64,000 nt of DNA from the NCBI GenBank assembly GCA_021793215.1, contig JAJYTE010000005.1, positions 25,593 to 89,592 of the forward strand, in the 5' to 3' direction. Under the pieces are notes generated by a model. It had not been told where the DNA came from and made no database searches. It saw only the letters and a program-made list of their open reading frames with translations. Origin of the DNA: Bacillota bacterium (GTDB lineage: Bacteria; Bacillota; Sulfobacillia; JAJZYS01; JAJYTV01). A program made the position numbers and the translations under genes. Below are positions 17,409 through 27,484 of the stretch, piece by piece (the stretch's first letter is position 1; every line of letters starts with the position of its first letter).

Positions 17409-19721
17409 GTGACCGATTTCGACTGGCAGCAGGAGCAGGAGCGGCTGGCGTGGGTTCTCGGTGAGGTCCGGGAGCGACTTGAGAAGCTGCGCCTGGAGTT
17501 CAGCGACGTCCATCAGGAGGTCGTACAGGCGCGTAGGCAGTTCTGGAGGGACATCACCAACAAAGATGACATCCTGGACACGATCCTCGAGGTCAGCCAA
17601 CAGTCCATGGTGCTTTCGGAGGGCGAGCGCAGGTACAACCGTGATGCCGATACGATCCGGGCGCTGGAACGACTGGAGCGCTCACCGTACTTCGGGCGCG
17701 TCGACTTTCTGGAGCAGGGGATGCAAGTTCCCGACCAGATCTACATCGGAACCGCCTCGTTCCGCGGTGGAACGGGGGACGACTTCCTCGTCTACGACTG
17801 GCGCGCCCCGATCGCCAGCGTGTACTACGACTATGGACTTGGTGAAGCCAGCTACTCCGCGCCCGGCGGAGAGTACCACGGATCGGTGGAACTGAAGCGC
17901 CAGTACGTCATCCGCGATGGCACCGTGCAGATGATGTTTGACACCGGAGTCACGATCGGAGACGACCTGCTGATGCAGGCCCTGAGCCAGCACGGGAGCG
18001 CGGAGATGCGCGGCATCGTCGCCACCATCCAGACGGAGCAGAACCGGATCATCCGGGACGACACGCATCGCCTGCTGGTCGTGCACGGTGTGGCCGGCAG
18101 CGGCAAGACGTCGGCAGCCCTGCAGCGCGTCGCCTACCTCCTCTACCGGCATCGGCAGAGTCTTGAGGCCGATCAGATGATCCTCTTCTCACCCAACCGC
18201 ATGTTCAACAGTTATGTCGCGACGGTACTGCCCGACCTCGGCGAATACAACATGCAGCAGACCACATTCCAGGAGTATCTCGATCACCGCCTCGGCAGGG
18301 AGTTTCAGATCGAAGACGCGTTTGAGCAACTGGAGTACGTGCTCGCCGCGTCCACGGAACCGGGGTATGCGGCGAGATTGGAAGGCATCCGCTTCAAGTC
18401 CTCGCACGCGTATCTGGACGTCCTGTCGCTCTACGCGCAGCGCCTTGAGGAGGAGGGCATGCGCTTCGTGCCCATGCGCTTTGACGGACGGGAAGTCGTC
18501 TCGGCTGAACAGATGGAGGAGAAGTTCCGTGAGTTTGCGCCTGGCGTGCGCGTGACGGCCCGGGTCTCCTTGCTGCGGGACTGGCTGCTCGTCGAGATCA
18601 GTCGGTTCGGAAAGCGGGAGCGCACCGCCGACTGGGTCGATGAAGAGATGAACTATCTCGATGCGGATGCGTACCACCGTGCAACGGCTGAGGCCGGTCG
18701 GCGATCCGGATCAGGGAACGAGTCCGACAGCGATCTTTTGGCTGAGCGGATCATCCACAAGCGGCTGCGCTCCCTGCGCTCCTGGGTCCACCGATTTGCC
18801 TTCGTCGACCTGAAGGCGATCTATGCACAGCTGTTCCGCGACGAGCGTCTGCTCGGCGAACTCGACGCTTCCCGTGTGCCCCGGTCTTGGCCGGCGATCT
18901 GCCGGGATACCCTCAGCCATCTCAGCCGATCCCGCATGCCGTACGAGGACGCGACCCCGTACCTCTATCTGTCAGAACTCATCCGGGGAGCGCGGGTGAA
19001 CCTGCGCATCCGCCATGCGATCATCGATGAGGCGCAGGATTACTCGCCGTTCCAGTTGGAGTTCCTCCGGCGACTCTTCCCCCAGGCGCGCATGACCGTA
19101 CTCGGAGACCGCAGCCAAGCGATCCTAGCGCACGGTTCGGTGCTGGAGGACATCGGTGTCATGCACCTCTTCCCGCCCCAAGAGACGGAGATCGTCCGCC
19201 TGGACCGCAGTTATCGCTCCACGCGTGAGATCGTCGAATTCACCAGGGCGATGCTCGCAGACGGCGACTCGATCATCCCGTTCGACCGTCATGGGCAAAA
19301 GCCGCAGGTGCTGGAGGTCGACTCCGAGGAGGAGCGGATCCGTACCATTCTCGAGGACTTGCGAACACTGATGGCCGAAGGAAACCGGACCCTTGCCGTG
19401 ATCTGCCGGACCGCGGAGGAGAGCCGCAGCGTCCACCGATCCCTGCGGGAGCGACTGCCCATCGAACTCATTGGGAAGGAGACGGCGACCTTTCCAATGG
19501 GACCGGTGGTCGTTCCCGCCTACCTCGCGAAGGGGGTCGAGTTCGACGCTGTCCTGATCCACGACGCATCCAGAGCCACCTACCGCGGCGCGGACGAACG
19601 CAACCTGTTCTACACCGCGTGCACGCGGGCGATGCACGTGCTCCACCTTTACTGCCGCGGTCCCCTGACCCCGCTCCTCGATTCGGCCGATCCGTCCACC
19701 TACGAAGTCGCAACCCGCTGA
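17409..19721 (+). CDS. helD: RNA polymerase-associated UvrD-like SF1 helicase HelD
   Basis: 770 aa. HelD-type N-terminal coiled region, then Walker A VHGVAGSGKTSAAL and UvrD-like helicase motifs. Confidence 0.8.
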   Translation: MTDFDWQQEQERLAWVLGEVRERLEKLRLEFSDVHQEVVQARRQFWRDITNKDDILDTILEVSQQSMVLSEGERRYNRDADTIRALERLERSPYFGRVDFLEQGMQVPDQIYIGTASFRGGTGDDFLVYDWRAPIASVYYDYGLGEASYSAPGGEYHGSVELKRQYVIRDGTVQMMFDTGVTIGDDLLMQALSQHGSAEMRGIVATIQTEQNRIIRDDTHRLLVVHGVAGSGKTSAALQRVAYLLYRHRQSLEADQMILFSPNRMFNSYVATVLPDLGEYNMQQTTFQEYLDHRLGREFQIEDAFEQLEYVLAASTEPGYAARLEGIRFKSSHAYLDVLSLYAQRLEEEGMRFVPMRFDGREVVSAEQMEEKFREFAPGVRVTARVSLLRDWLLVEISRFGKRERTADWVDEEMNYLDADAYHRATAEAGRRSGSGNESDSDLLAERIIHKRLRSLRSWVHRFAFVDLKAIYAQLFRDERLLGELDASRVPRSWPAICRDTLSHLSRSRMPYEDATPYLYLSELIRGARVNLRIRHAIIDEAQDYSPFQLEFLRRLFPQARMTVLGDRSQAILAHGSVLEDIGVMHLFPPQETEIVRLDRSYRSTREIVEFTRAMLADGDSIIPFDRHGQKPQVLEVDSEEERIRTILEDLRTLMAEGNRTLAVICRTAEESRSVHRSLRERLPIELIGKETATFPMGPVVVPAYLAKGVEFDAVLIHDASRATYRGADERNLFYTACTRAMHVLHLYCRGPLTPLLDSADPSTYEVATR

Positions 19722-20383
19722 GGGACACATCTCCCTGGCGTCTGCTCCGGCGGGCGCCTCCGGTTGTCCAAGTGCATTGGGCAGCATCCGAAGAACTAGA
19801 TTACAGTTACGGGGTCCCTCGGAATCTCCTGCAGGTTGGCACTTATGGGGCCCTCTGTGCCATGCTGGTGTTGGGCTCGGAATTGAGAGAGAATTAGCCA
19901 CGTGGGCTAGGTGCGTCACCCCAGCAGTAGAGCCCAGCAAGCCGATGCCCACATCTACTATGCTGAACTCTACCTCGTTCCGCGCGGAGTACGTTTGGGC
20001 GCTGACCCATCCCGGCCTCGGCGTTCGGCTGTGGTGCAGGATGTTGTCTACCACCTCCGGCACGGCCAATGAGAAGGCTCTTTCGACTCCTTCGGCGAGT
20101 TGAGAAGCGATGATTCTCTTCAGCTAAAAGGTGGAGTCTGACAACGATGTTTGTCCCAAGAGGGGTGCTCCGTCCGTCCGGGCTACCCCCTGAAACGGCG
20201 TGCCGACGAGGTAAGGTTTGTCCCGGACCGCAACCGATTCGCATTCGCTACAATAAAGTTTGTGCCGGTCACAAATCGATAAGAGCCGAACGACCTACCT
20301 CCAGAGCAAGCCAAGCGGTTCTTGGCAGAAGACCGTTACGAACTCGCACCCTGCAGTGCTGACTGAGTAACAACATCACGTCG

Positions 20384-21535
20384 GTGGTAGCAGGGCGGCT
20401 GAAGTTGGGCAGCCGGTTCGCACGAGCGCTCCCTGCCGGTCACACTTTGGACCGGCACAATATCCCTGGACGCGTCGACGCCAGTCAGCGAATGGGTGCA
20501 GTTGCCGCCTGCCACTCCCGGTGGGCGAGATTTTGGATCAGACGGATCGGGGGCCACCACGCGGTGCGTGAGACAGGTAAGGGCACGTCGCAGGATCTGG
20601 GGGCCGCGCAGGTGCGGCTGATGCAGGGCCTGGCACAGGAGGTGACGACGCTGCGTCCCGAGCTCCTTGAGGGCGGCGCGACCGTCGGCGAACTCGCTTG
20701 GATATTCGGCAAAGACCGGGCGGCGCTCGGGGACACCTGGCGTCACCACTTGTGGCGCCGCGCCGACGGCAGCGGCCGACTGGACGCCTGGGCCTGGCTG
20801 TACCTCCCGTACACGGTGAACCGCAGCGACGGATCCACATCCACGTCGAACAGCGCGAACCTGGTCTGGCAGGTCCATCCGGACCGCCCGGAGCTGCTGG
20901 ACGAGATCCTCGACTGGTACGACGAGCAGGTAGCCGGTCTCGACCGGTTCATCACGCCGCAGGATGCGGACACGGACATGCTGGCCCGGCTGCCCGCGCA
21001 CGGCTACAAGCCCGATGCGGAAACGGGTGGCGACGACGGCGATTGGCACCAGTGGAACCGTCGGCCACTCGCAGACCTCTCGGAGCCAGCGCTGCCGGCC
21101 GGCTTCCGTTTCCGCACTGCCGCGGAGGTCGGCCCGGCGGCCGCAACGCGTGCGCACGTAGACGCGTGGCATCCGTCGACGTTCACCGAGACCAGCATGG
21201 CAGGCGTACAGGCCACCTGGCCTTATCGCGACGACCTGCATGTTCTCGTCGAAGCACCGGATGGCACCTTGGTGGCCAACGCCATCATGTGGTTCGATCC
21301 CGCCAGTCGCACCGCTGAATTTGAACCGGTGGGGACACATCGGTCCTATCGCCGTCAGGGTCTGGCCACCGCCCTGTTGTGGCACGGCATGCACCGGGCC
21401 CGCGACGCGGGCGCGGAGACAATGCTGGTCGCGTGCCTCGGCTCATCCGCACGTCCGGCGGCCCGCGACCTGTATTACGGGGTCGGTTTCGAACCGTTCA
21501 CCCGCGATGTCCCGCATGTCAAGCGAGCAAAGTAG
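20384..21535 (+). CDS. GNAT family acetyltransferase (C-terminal GNAT domain; N-terminal region uncharacterised)
   Basis: C-terminal GNAT core …EFEPVGTHRSYRRQGLATALLWHGMHRARDAGAETMLV…LYYGVGF. The true start may lie inside the ORF. Confidence 0.55.
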   Translation: MVAGRLKLGSRFARALPAGHTLDRHNIPGRVDASQRMGAVAACHSRWARFWIRRIGGHHAVRETGKGTSQDLGAAQVRLMQGLAQEVTTLRPELLEGGATVGELAWIFGKDRAALGDTWRHHLWRRADGSGRLDAWAWLYLPYTVNRSDGSTSTSNSANLVWQVHPDRPELLDEILDWYDEQVAGLDRFITPQDADTDMLARLPAHGYKPDAETGGDDGDWHQWNRRPLADLSEPALPAGFRFRTAAEVGPAAATRAHVDAWHPSTFTETSMAGVQATWPYRDDLHVLVEAPDGTLVANAIMWFDPASRTAEFEPVGTHRSYRRQGLATALLWHGMHRARDAGAETMLVACLGSSARPAARDLYYGVGFEPFTRDVPHVKRAK

Positions 21536-21743
21536 CCGCCGCTTGCTGGCGTCATTGACCCCATATCGAATTCGTCTCATCCGATCTCTGTTAGCTTGAC
21601 CCGAGTGACAGCGCCGAGCGCCTGGGTCATGGCGTTCGTTAGAGTGCTAGGGTCGGTGTCGCGATGGGCGGCAACACCTTGAGCGTGGTCGTCTGGCACC
21701 CTCAAGGACCACTGGCATTCGGATCGGGCTACGAGCGGTCACT

Positions 21744-21767
21744 CCGGGGCACTGATACGTGCCCCGG
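21744..21767. terminator. perfect 9-bp inverted repeat (CCGGGGCAC-TGATAC-GTGCCCCGG) between convergent GNAT gene and glmS
   Basis: The + strand is followed by AACAACCATTATTGT (partly U-rich). Candidate bidirectional terminator. Confidence 0.35.
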
Positions 21768-21899
21768 AACAACCATTATTGTAGGGACTTTGGCGCCCCT
21801 GATCGTCAGGGACCGACTTTACAAGTCCGGGACACACTTTACAAAGTGCGGACAAACACTGTTGTCACGCTCCAAAAGGAGTGCCGGCAAGTCTACTCG

Positions 21900-23717
21900 C
21901 TACTCCACCGTCACAGACTTCGCAAGGTTTCGCGGCTTGTCGACATCGTTCCCTCGCGCGACCGCCGCGTAGTACGCCAAGAGCTGCAGCGGTAGCACCG
22001 TCAGCGCAGGCGCGATCTCCTCCGCGACGTCGGGAATGGAAAGAACCTCGTCCGCGTGCCTCTCGAGCTCCACATCGCCGGCCTGCCCGATGGCGATGAC
22101 GTGCGCGCCGCGGGCCCGCACCTCCGTCATGTTCCCGATGGTCTTCTCGCGCAGTCTTTGCTGCGTGCAGAGCGCGATCACTGGCACGCCCGGCTCGATC
22201 AGCGCCAGGGTGCCGTGCTTGAGTTCTCCCGCCGGCAGTGCCTCCGCGTGCAGGTACGAGATCTCCTTCAGCTTCAGTTGCCCCTCGAGGGCAACGGCGT
22301 AGTCGAGTCCGCGCCCGATGTAGAAGATGTCCTTCGCCTGCGCGATGCGTCCCGCCAGCGCCTCGATCTCCCCCCGCAGTGAGAGCAGCAGGTCTGCCTT
22401 CGCGGGCAGCTCCATCAGCTCTTCGAGGAGACCCGCCCGAACCTCGCGCCCACGCAGCTGCGCCATGTGCAGGGCGAGCAGTGTCAGCGTAAGGATCTGG
22501 CTCGTGTACGCCTTGCTCGAGGCCACCGCGATCTCCGGTCCCGCGAGCGTCGGCAGCACGGCGTCGGCCTCGCGGTCGAGGGAGCTGCCGCGCACGTTCG
22601 TCACCGCGATCGTCTTCGCGCCTCGGCGCCGTCCTTCACGCAGAGCCGCGATCGTGTCGGCCGTCTCTCCCGACTGGGACACGGCGATCAGCAGGTCGCC
22701 CGCTTCGACGAGCGGGTTCTGGTAGCGAAACTCCGAGCCGATCTCCGAGCGCGTCTCCACCCGTGCGATGCCTTCGAGGAGCGCCCTGCCGACGAGCCCC
22801 GCGTGGTAGGACGTGCCGCAGGCGACGATGTGCAGCCTGCGAACCGTCGCAAGATCCAGGCCGTCAAGCTCCGGCAGGCGCACGCGCCCCGCCGTGACGT
22901 CGATCCTGCCCCGTGTCGTTTCGCGGAAGACATGGGGCTGCTCGAGGATCTCCTTGATCATGAAATGGTCGTGGCCGCCCTTCTCCGCGGCCGCGACGTC
23001 CCACTCGACATGCAGCGCTTCACGTTCGACCGGCGTCCCATCGTGCCGGAACACCTCGGCCGCACCGGCCGTGAGCTGCGCGCAGTCACCGTCCTCGAGG
23101 ATCAGGATCTCGCGCGTGTGTCGCAAGATGGCGGGTATGTCGGAGGCCACGAACTGCTCTCCGCGCCCGACGCCGACGACGAGCGGCGACTGTTCGCGGG
23201 CGACGACGAGCGTGCCGGGCTCGTCGCGTGAGATCGCCGCGAGGGCGTAGGACCCGTGCAAGTGGTCCGTCACGCGCATAAGCGCCTCGAGGAGCCGCCG
23301 GTCGCCCTCCTCCTCGAGGAGGTGCGCCACGACTTCCGTGTCGGTCTCGGAGCGGAAGATGTGCCCCCGCGCGCTAAGTTCCTCTCTCAGCTGCGCGTAG
23401 TTCTCGATGATGCCGTTGTGCACGATGGCGTAGCGCCCGTCGCAGCCGAAATGCGGATGGGCGTTCTCGTCGTTCGGGCGGCCGTGGGTCGCCCAGCGCG
23501 TATGCCCGATGCCGATGCTGCCTGGGACCACACCATCGCCGATGTGGCGGCGCAGGTCCACGATGCGTCCGGCGCGCTTCGAGACGAGGATCTCCCCCTC
23601 GCCACCCAACACCGCGACGCCGGCGGAGTCATACCCCCGGTACTCCAGCCGCTCCAAACCCTCGAGGAGGATCGGCAGGGCTTCCTCCGATCCGACGTAG
23701 CCGACGATGCCGCACAT
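21900..23717 (-). CDS. glmS: glutamine--fructose-6-phosphate aminotransferase
   Basis: MCGIVGYVG N-terminal nucleophile Cys and SIS domains, 605 aa. Its start overlaps the glmM stop, so no room for a glmS ribozyme leader. Confidence 0.95.
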   Translation of the reverse strand: MCGIVGYVGSEEALPILLEGLERLEYRGYDSAGVAVLGGEGEILVSKRAGRIVDLRRHIGDGVVPGSIGIGHTRWATHGRPNDENAHPHFGCDGRYAIVHNGIIENYAQLREELSARGHIFRSETDTEVVAHLLEEEGDRRLLEALMRVTDHLHGSYALAAISRDEPGTLVVAREQSPLVVGVGRGEQFVASDIPAILRHTREILILEDGDCAQLTAGAAEVFRHDGTPVEREALHVEWDVAAAEKGGHDHFMIKEILEQPHVFRETTRGRIDVTAGRVRLPELDGLDLATVRRLHIVACGTSYHAGLVGRALLEGIARVETRSEIGSEFRYQNPLVEAGDLLIAVSQSGETADTIAALREGRRRGAKTIAVTNVRGSSLDREADAVLPTLAGPEIAVASSKAYTSQILTLTLLALHMAQLRGREVRAGLLEELMELPAKADLLLSLRGEIEALAGRIAQAKDIFYIGRGLDYAVALEGQLKLKEISYLHAEALPAGELKHGTLALIEPGVPVIALCTQQRLREKTIGNMTEVRARGAHVIAIGQAGDVELERHADEVLSIPDVAEEIAPALTVLPLQLLAYYAAVARGNDVDKPRNLAKSVTVE

Positions 23718-23720
23718 GGA

Positions 23721-25037
23721 CTAGTTCCCCCCTAGCGCAGCGCAAAGCCTCTCGAGCCACATGTCGGCATCCTCGGCGCGGCGCGCCTCCACCATGACGC
23801 GCACCACGGGCTCTGTGCCGGACGGCCGCACGAGTACTCGGCCGATCCCCTCGAGCGCGCGCTCCGCCTGCTCGAGCGATGCAGCGTAGGCAGGTGCCCC
23901 GAGCGGCTTCTCGCGGTCGACGACGCGCACACTGCGGAGCCGCTGCGGGTACCGCGGCACCTCGCGGCGGAAATCCGCGAGCGACACGCCGAGCTCCGCG
24001 AGGGCGGAGAGCAGCAGGATGCCTGTCGCGAGCCCGTCGCCGGTCGTGCTGGCGCGCCGGTAGATGATGTGCCCGGACTGCTCCCCACCTAGGAGGATGC
24101 CCTCCTGGCGCATCGCCTCGATGACGTAGCGGTCCCCGACCTTGGTCACGACCGATTCGATGCCGCGCGCGTGAAGGTAATCGCGCACTCCGCCGTTCGA
24201 CATGACCGTGAGCGCGACGCCGGCCGGCCCGAGCTCGCCGCGCTCTTTCAGCCAGGTCGCGAGCAGCGCGAGGATCACATCGCCGTCGGCGACTTCCCCT
24301 TCCTCGTCCACCGCGATCAGGCGGTCCGCGTCGCCGTCGAAGGCGAGCCCGATCGCGCCGCCGAACGCCCGGTAGTGCTCCACGAGGTAACTGGGGCAGG
24401 TCGAGCCGCAGTCGACGTTGATCCGCGCCCCGTCCGGCTCGGCGGCGATCACCGCAACGCTCTGCGCCGCAGGTGAGAAGGCAAGCGGAAGGACGGACGT
24501 CGCCGCACCGTGCGCCGCGTCCAGGACAACTCCTTGCGGATAGCGGCTCCCAACGAGCGACGCGAGGTGCGCGATGTACTCCTCTCGCAGGGACCCCATC
24601 TCGCTGCGCTGCCCGATCCCCTCCCCGACCGGCAGCTCCGCTCCAGCGCGCAGCTGCATCTCGATGCGGTCCTCCACCGCGTCCGGCAGCTTGTGCCCGT
24701 CGCGGGCGAAGAACTTGATGCCGTTGTCCTCGACGGGGTTGTGCGACGCGGAGATCATCACCCCGGCGGAGAAGCCGTGGCGATGCGCGAGGTAGGCGAC
24801 TCCCGCCGTCGGCAGCACGCCTGCCGATACGACGTCGGCTCCCGCTGACATGAGTCCGGCTGAAAGGGCGGCCTCGAGCATCTCTCCGGAGAGCCGCGTG
24901 TCGCGTGCGATCAGTACTCGAGCCGGCTCCGAGCCGCCGAGTTCGATGGCGGCGGCTCGGCCGAGGGCAAGCGCAAGTTCCGGCGTGAGGTCGCGGTTCG
25001 CCACGCCGCGAACGCCGTCGGTGCCGAACAGGCGCAA
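23721..25037 (-). CDS. glmM: phosphoglucosamine mutase
   Basis: MRLFGTDGVRG… and active-site ISASHNPVEDNGIKFF. Confidence 0.95.
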   Translation of the reverse strand: MRLFGTDGVRGVANRDLTPELALALGRAAAIELGGSEPARVLIARDTRLSGEMLEAALSAGLMSAGADVVSAGVLPTAGVAYLAHRHGFSAGVMISASHNPVEDNGIKFFARDGHKLPDAVEDRIEMQLRAGAELPVGEGIGQRSEMGSLREEYIAHLASLVGSRYPQGVVLDAAHGAATSVLPLAFSPAAQSVAVIAAEPDGARINVDCGSTCPSYLVEHYRAFGGAIGLAFDGDADRLIAVDEEGEVADGDVILALLATWLKERGELGPAGVALTVMSNGGVRDYLHARGIESVVTKVGDRYVIEAMRQEGILLGGEQSGHIIYRRASTTGDGLATGILLLSALAELGVSLADFRREVPRYPQRLRSVRVVDREKPLGAPAYAASLEQAERALEGIGRVLVRPSGTEPVVRVMVEARRAEDADMWLERLCAALGGN

Positions 25038-25125
25038 AAGCGATTCCTCCCAGTTTCACAGGGCCCCAAAACGCTGGTGTTGCAGGCGGGTCCTCCTCCG
25101 CCGGTCGAACCCTGGTTTCGGTCGC

Positions 25126-25503
25126 CTACGGCGACCTCAGGGTCACCGTAGCGGTGGCCGGCATCACGGAGACCACCTGGGTTCCGCCCGCCTGGATCTC
25201 CGCGTGCAGCGCCGTCTTGTAACGCCCCGGTTTGTCATAGGGTACGCTCACGTACACCCGGATGGCTCCAGGCTGTAGCGTAGTGACCGTCTGGACCGGG
25301 CCACGCACCACGACCGAAGCGTCCTTCGGCGTGATCTCTAGGCGCAGGTGCTTCGGCGAGCTCTGCACGGTCACGGGAAGCTGGGAGACCGTATGCTTGA
25401 CGGTCGGGTTCTGGGTCACCGTTACCTGCCACCAGATCCCGAGTGCGAGGAGCAGCGAGAGTACGCGCAGCACCCAGTCGTTCGCGAGCCAGCGATCGAT
25501 CAT
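25126..25503 (-). CDS. cdaR: YbbR-domain protein (short CdaR-like regulator of CdaA), N-terminal TM
   Basis: One TM then a single YbbR-like beta domain. Overlaps the cdaA stop. Conserved position between cdaA and glmM. Confidence 0.55.
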   Translation of the reverse strand: MIDRWLANDWVLRVLSLLLALGIWWQVTVTQNPTVKHTVSQLPVTVQSSPKHLRLEITPKDASVVVRGPVQTVTTLQPGAIRVYVSVPYDKPGRYKTALHAEIQAGGTQVVSVMPATATVTLRSP

Positions 25504-26324
25504 TCGCTATGCCCCCTCCGGCTCAGCCGCGGCCTGTGCTCGGGCGGTCGCATCGCCGTCTCGAGCAGTCTGCGCAGTGAGGTGTCGTCGAGATGGCGTA
25601 TGAGACGCCCGCCTTCCGCCAGCGATACAGCACCCGTCTCCTCGGAGACGACCACGGCGACCGCGTCGGTCTGCTCGCTGACGCCGATCGCCGCGTGGTG
25701 CCGCGTCCCGAGGTCCGAGGCGGGTCCCAGGACATCCGCGAGCGGTAGGAAGCAGGCGGCAGCGACGATGCGGTTGCCGCGGACGACCGCGGCGCCGTCG
25801 TGCAGCGGCGTGCGCGGGGTGAAGATGTTGGCGATCACTTCCCAGCTGATCATGGCGTCGATCGGAACGCCGGTCTCGATGAGGTCCTTGAGGCCCGTCT
25901 CGCGCTCCATCACGAGGAGCGCCCCGACGTGGTCGTTCGATAGAACGCGGGTGGCCTTCACGACCTCCGTCAGCATCGCCTGGAACGCCTCGTCGGTGAG
26001 GTTGTGCAGAAACCCTTGCCCGCCGAAGATGCGCGAACGCCCGAGCTGCTCCAGAATGCGACGCAGTTCGGGCTGGAAGACGATCGGCACCGCGACGAGC
26101 AGCGCGAGCTCGACGGTCTGCATCAGGTAGTGCGTGGCGGAGAGGGAGAGGAGCCCCGAGAGCTGCGTCGCGACAACCAGCAGCAGGATGCCCTTCGCCA
26201 GCTGGATGGCGCGGGTGCCCCGCAGAAGGGCAAGGGTTCGGTAGAAGAGGAACGCGACGATCAGGATGTCGAGCGCGCTGCGGACGAGTGCCCAGACGCT
26301 CATGCTCTCCAGCGTCAACAGCAT
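25500..26324 (-). CDS. cdaA: diadenylate cyclase CdaA (DisA_N domain, membrane-anchored)
   Basis: Three N-terminal TM helices then DAC motifs (DGAAVVRGNRI…; GTRHHAAIGVSEQTDAV). Confidence 0.9.
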   Translation of the reverse strand: MLLTLESMSVWALVRSALDILIVAFLFYRTLALLRGTRAIQLAKGILLLVVATQLSGLLSLSATHYLMQTVELALLVAVPIVFQPELRRILEQLGRSRIFGGQGFLHNLTDEAFQAMLTEVVKATRVLSNDHVGALLVMERETGLKDLIETGVPIDAMISWEVIANIFTPRTPLHDGAAVVRGNRIVAAACFLPLADVLGPASDLGTRHHAAIGVSEQTDAVAVVVSEETGAVSLAEGGRLIRHLDDTSLRRLLETAMRPPEHRPRLSRRGHSE

Positions 26325-26345
26325 GCCCGCGCTCCCCCCTGTCGC

Positions 26346-26846
26346 TCAGTCCACGATGCGAGCCAGTACCAGTTCGTGCGCTGCGGCGATTCCCGCCGCC
26401 CCGCTTCGAGGCGGCCCGCTGTACGGCCGCATCGCCTCAAGCGTGAAGCCCTGCGTCTGCAGGAAGAATAGCGCGAGGAGATCCGCGTTGGTCACGGGCG
26501 CCACGAGACGTCGGCGGCCGGTTTCACGCGCCACCCGCGCAGCCTCGGCGACGAGCGTCGCCCCTACGTTGACCTCGCACAGCGCGGGGAAGAGACCGAA
26601 GCCGAGCAGCACGAGGTCCTCCTCATGCAGCGCGAGCGGCATCGCGCAGAGCGGTTTCTCGACCTCGATCGCCAGGAGGTAGGGCAGGCGGTCGAGGCGG
26701 AACTCCACGCCCAGCGCCACCTGCGAGAGGGGCTTCTTGAGCGGGCCGAAGCGGTCCGCAGCGCGCGCGGGCCGGCGCTCCGCGCGAAACTCTCGAACGC
26801 CTGACGGCCGCTTCACCGGTCCGATCCACTCCACGTTCTGGCTCAT
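26346..26846 (-). CDS. hypothetical protein, possibly GNAT-like
   Basis: 166 aa with a weak GNAT-like C-terminus (…VTNADLLALFFLQTQGFTL). Lies between rex and cdaA on the same strand. Confidence 0.3.
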   Translation of the reverse strand: MSQNVEWIGPVKRPSGVREFRAERRPARAADRFGPLKKPLSQVALGVEFRLDRLPYLLAIEVEKPLCAMPLALHEEDLVLLGFGLFPALCEVNVGATLVAEAARVARETGRRRLVAPVTNADLLALFFLQTQGFTLEAMRPYSGPPRSGAAGIAAAHELVLARIVD

Positions 26847-27484
26847 GCGCGGTCCGATCCCGCGCCGAGCGCGAAGTAGGCGAGCGACTGCAGCTCGGTC
26901 GTCAGATCGACGTTCTGCACGCTGACCTGCCGCTTCTCGAGCTTCGTCGGCGCGAAGTTCAGGATGGCCGTGACATCTGCGGCGCAGAGCTTCTCGAACA
27001 CGTCGCGCGCGTTCTGCTCAGGCACCGCGATCACCCCGATCCGTATCCCCTGCTCCCGGAGCGTCGCCTGAAGTTCCTCCATCGGCCGGACCCTGAGCCC
27101 TGAGATCTCCGTGCCGATCTTCTGCGGGTCGTCGTCGAACACGGCGGCGACGTACGTGTCGCGCGCGCCGAGGCTGGCGTAGCGGATCAGGGCCGTACCC
27201 AGATTCCCCGCGCCGACGAGCGCGACCGGCACAGCGGCCGTCAACCCAAGGATGCGGCGCAGGTGCTGGGTCAGCTGCGAGACGTCGTAGCCAAGCCCCC
27301 GCGTGCCGAACGCCCCGAAGTACGCCAGGTCCTTCCGAATCTGCTCCGACGAGTATCCCGAGCGGTTCGCGAGATCGGCCGAGGATGTCACTTCGACACC
27401 TTCCGATGCCAGATCCTCCAACACCCGGAGATACAGAGGCAGCCGTCGCACGGCGACGGCTGGAATGCGGCGCTGCGGCTTCAA
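26843..27484 (-). CDS. rex: redox-sensing transcriptional repressor Rex
   Basis: Winged-helix N-terminus (…LPLYLRVL…) and Rossmann GAGNLG NADH-binding motif. Confidence 0.85.
   Translation of the reverse strand: MKPQRRIPAVAVRRLPLYLRVLEDLASEGVEVTSSADLANRSGYSSEQIRKDLAYFGAFGTRGLGYDVSQLTQHLRRILGLTAAVPVALVGAGNLGTALIRYASLGARDTYVAAVFDDDPQKIGTEISGLRVRPMEELQATLREQGIRIGVIAVPEQNARDVFEKLCAADVTAILNFAPTKLEKRQVSVQNVDLTTELQSLAYFALGAGSDRA

Noticed and set aside
20336-21394. 352-aa minus-strand ORF antisense to the GNAT gene
   Set aside because: It is antisense to a gene with a recognisable GNAT core and has no motifs of its own. It is a GC-rich artefact.
23629-25059. 476-aa alternate-frame ORF covering glmM
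   Set aside because: It lies on the same strand as glmM but in a different frame, with extreme Arg/Gly/Ala bias. glmM has unambiguous motifs in its own frame.
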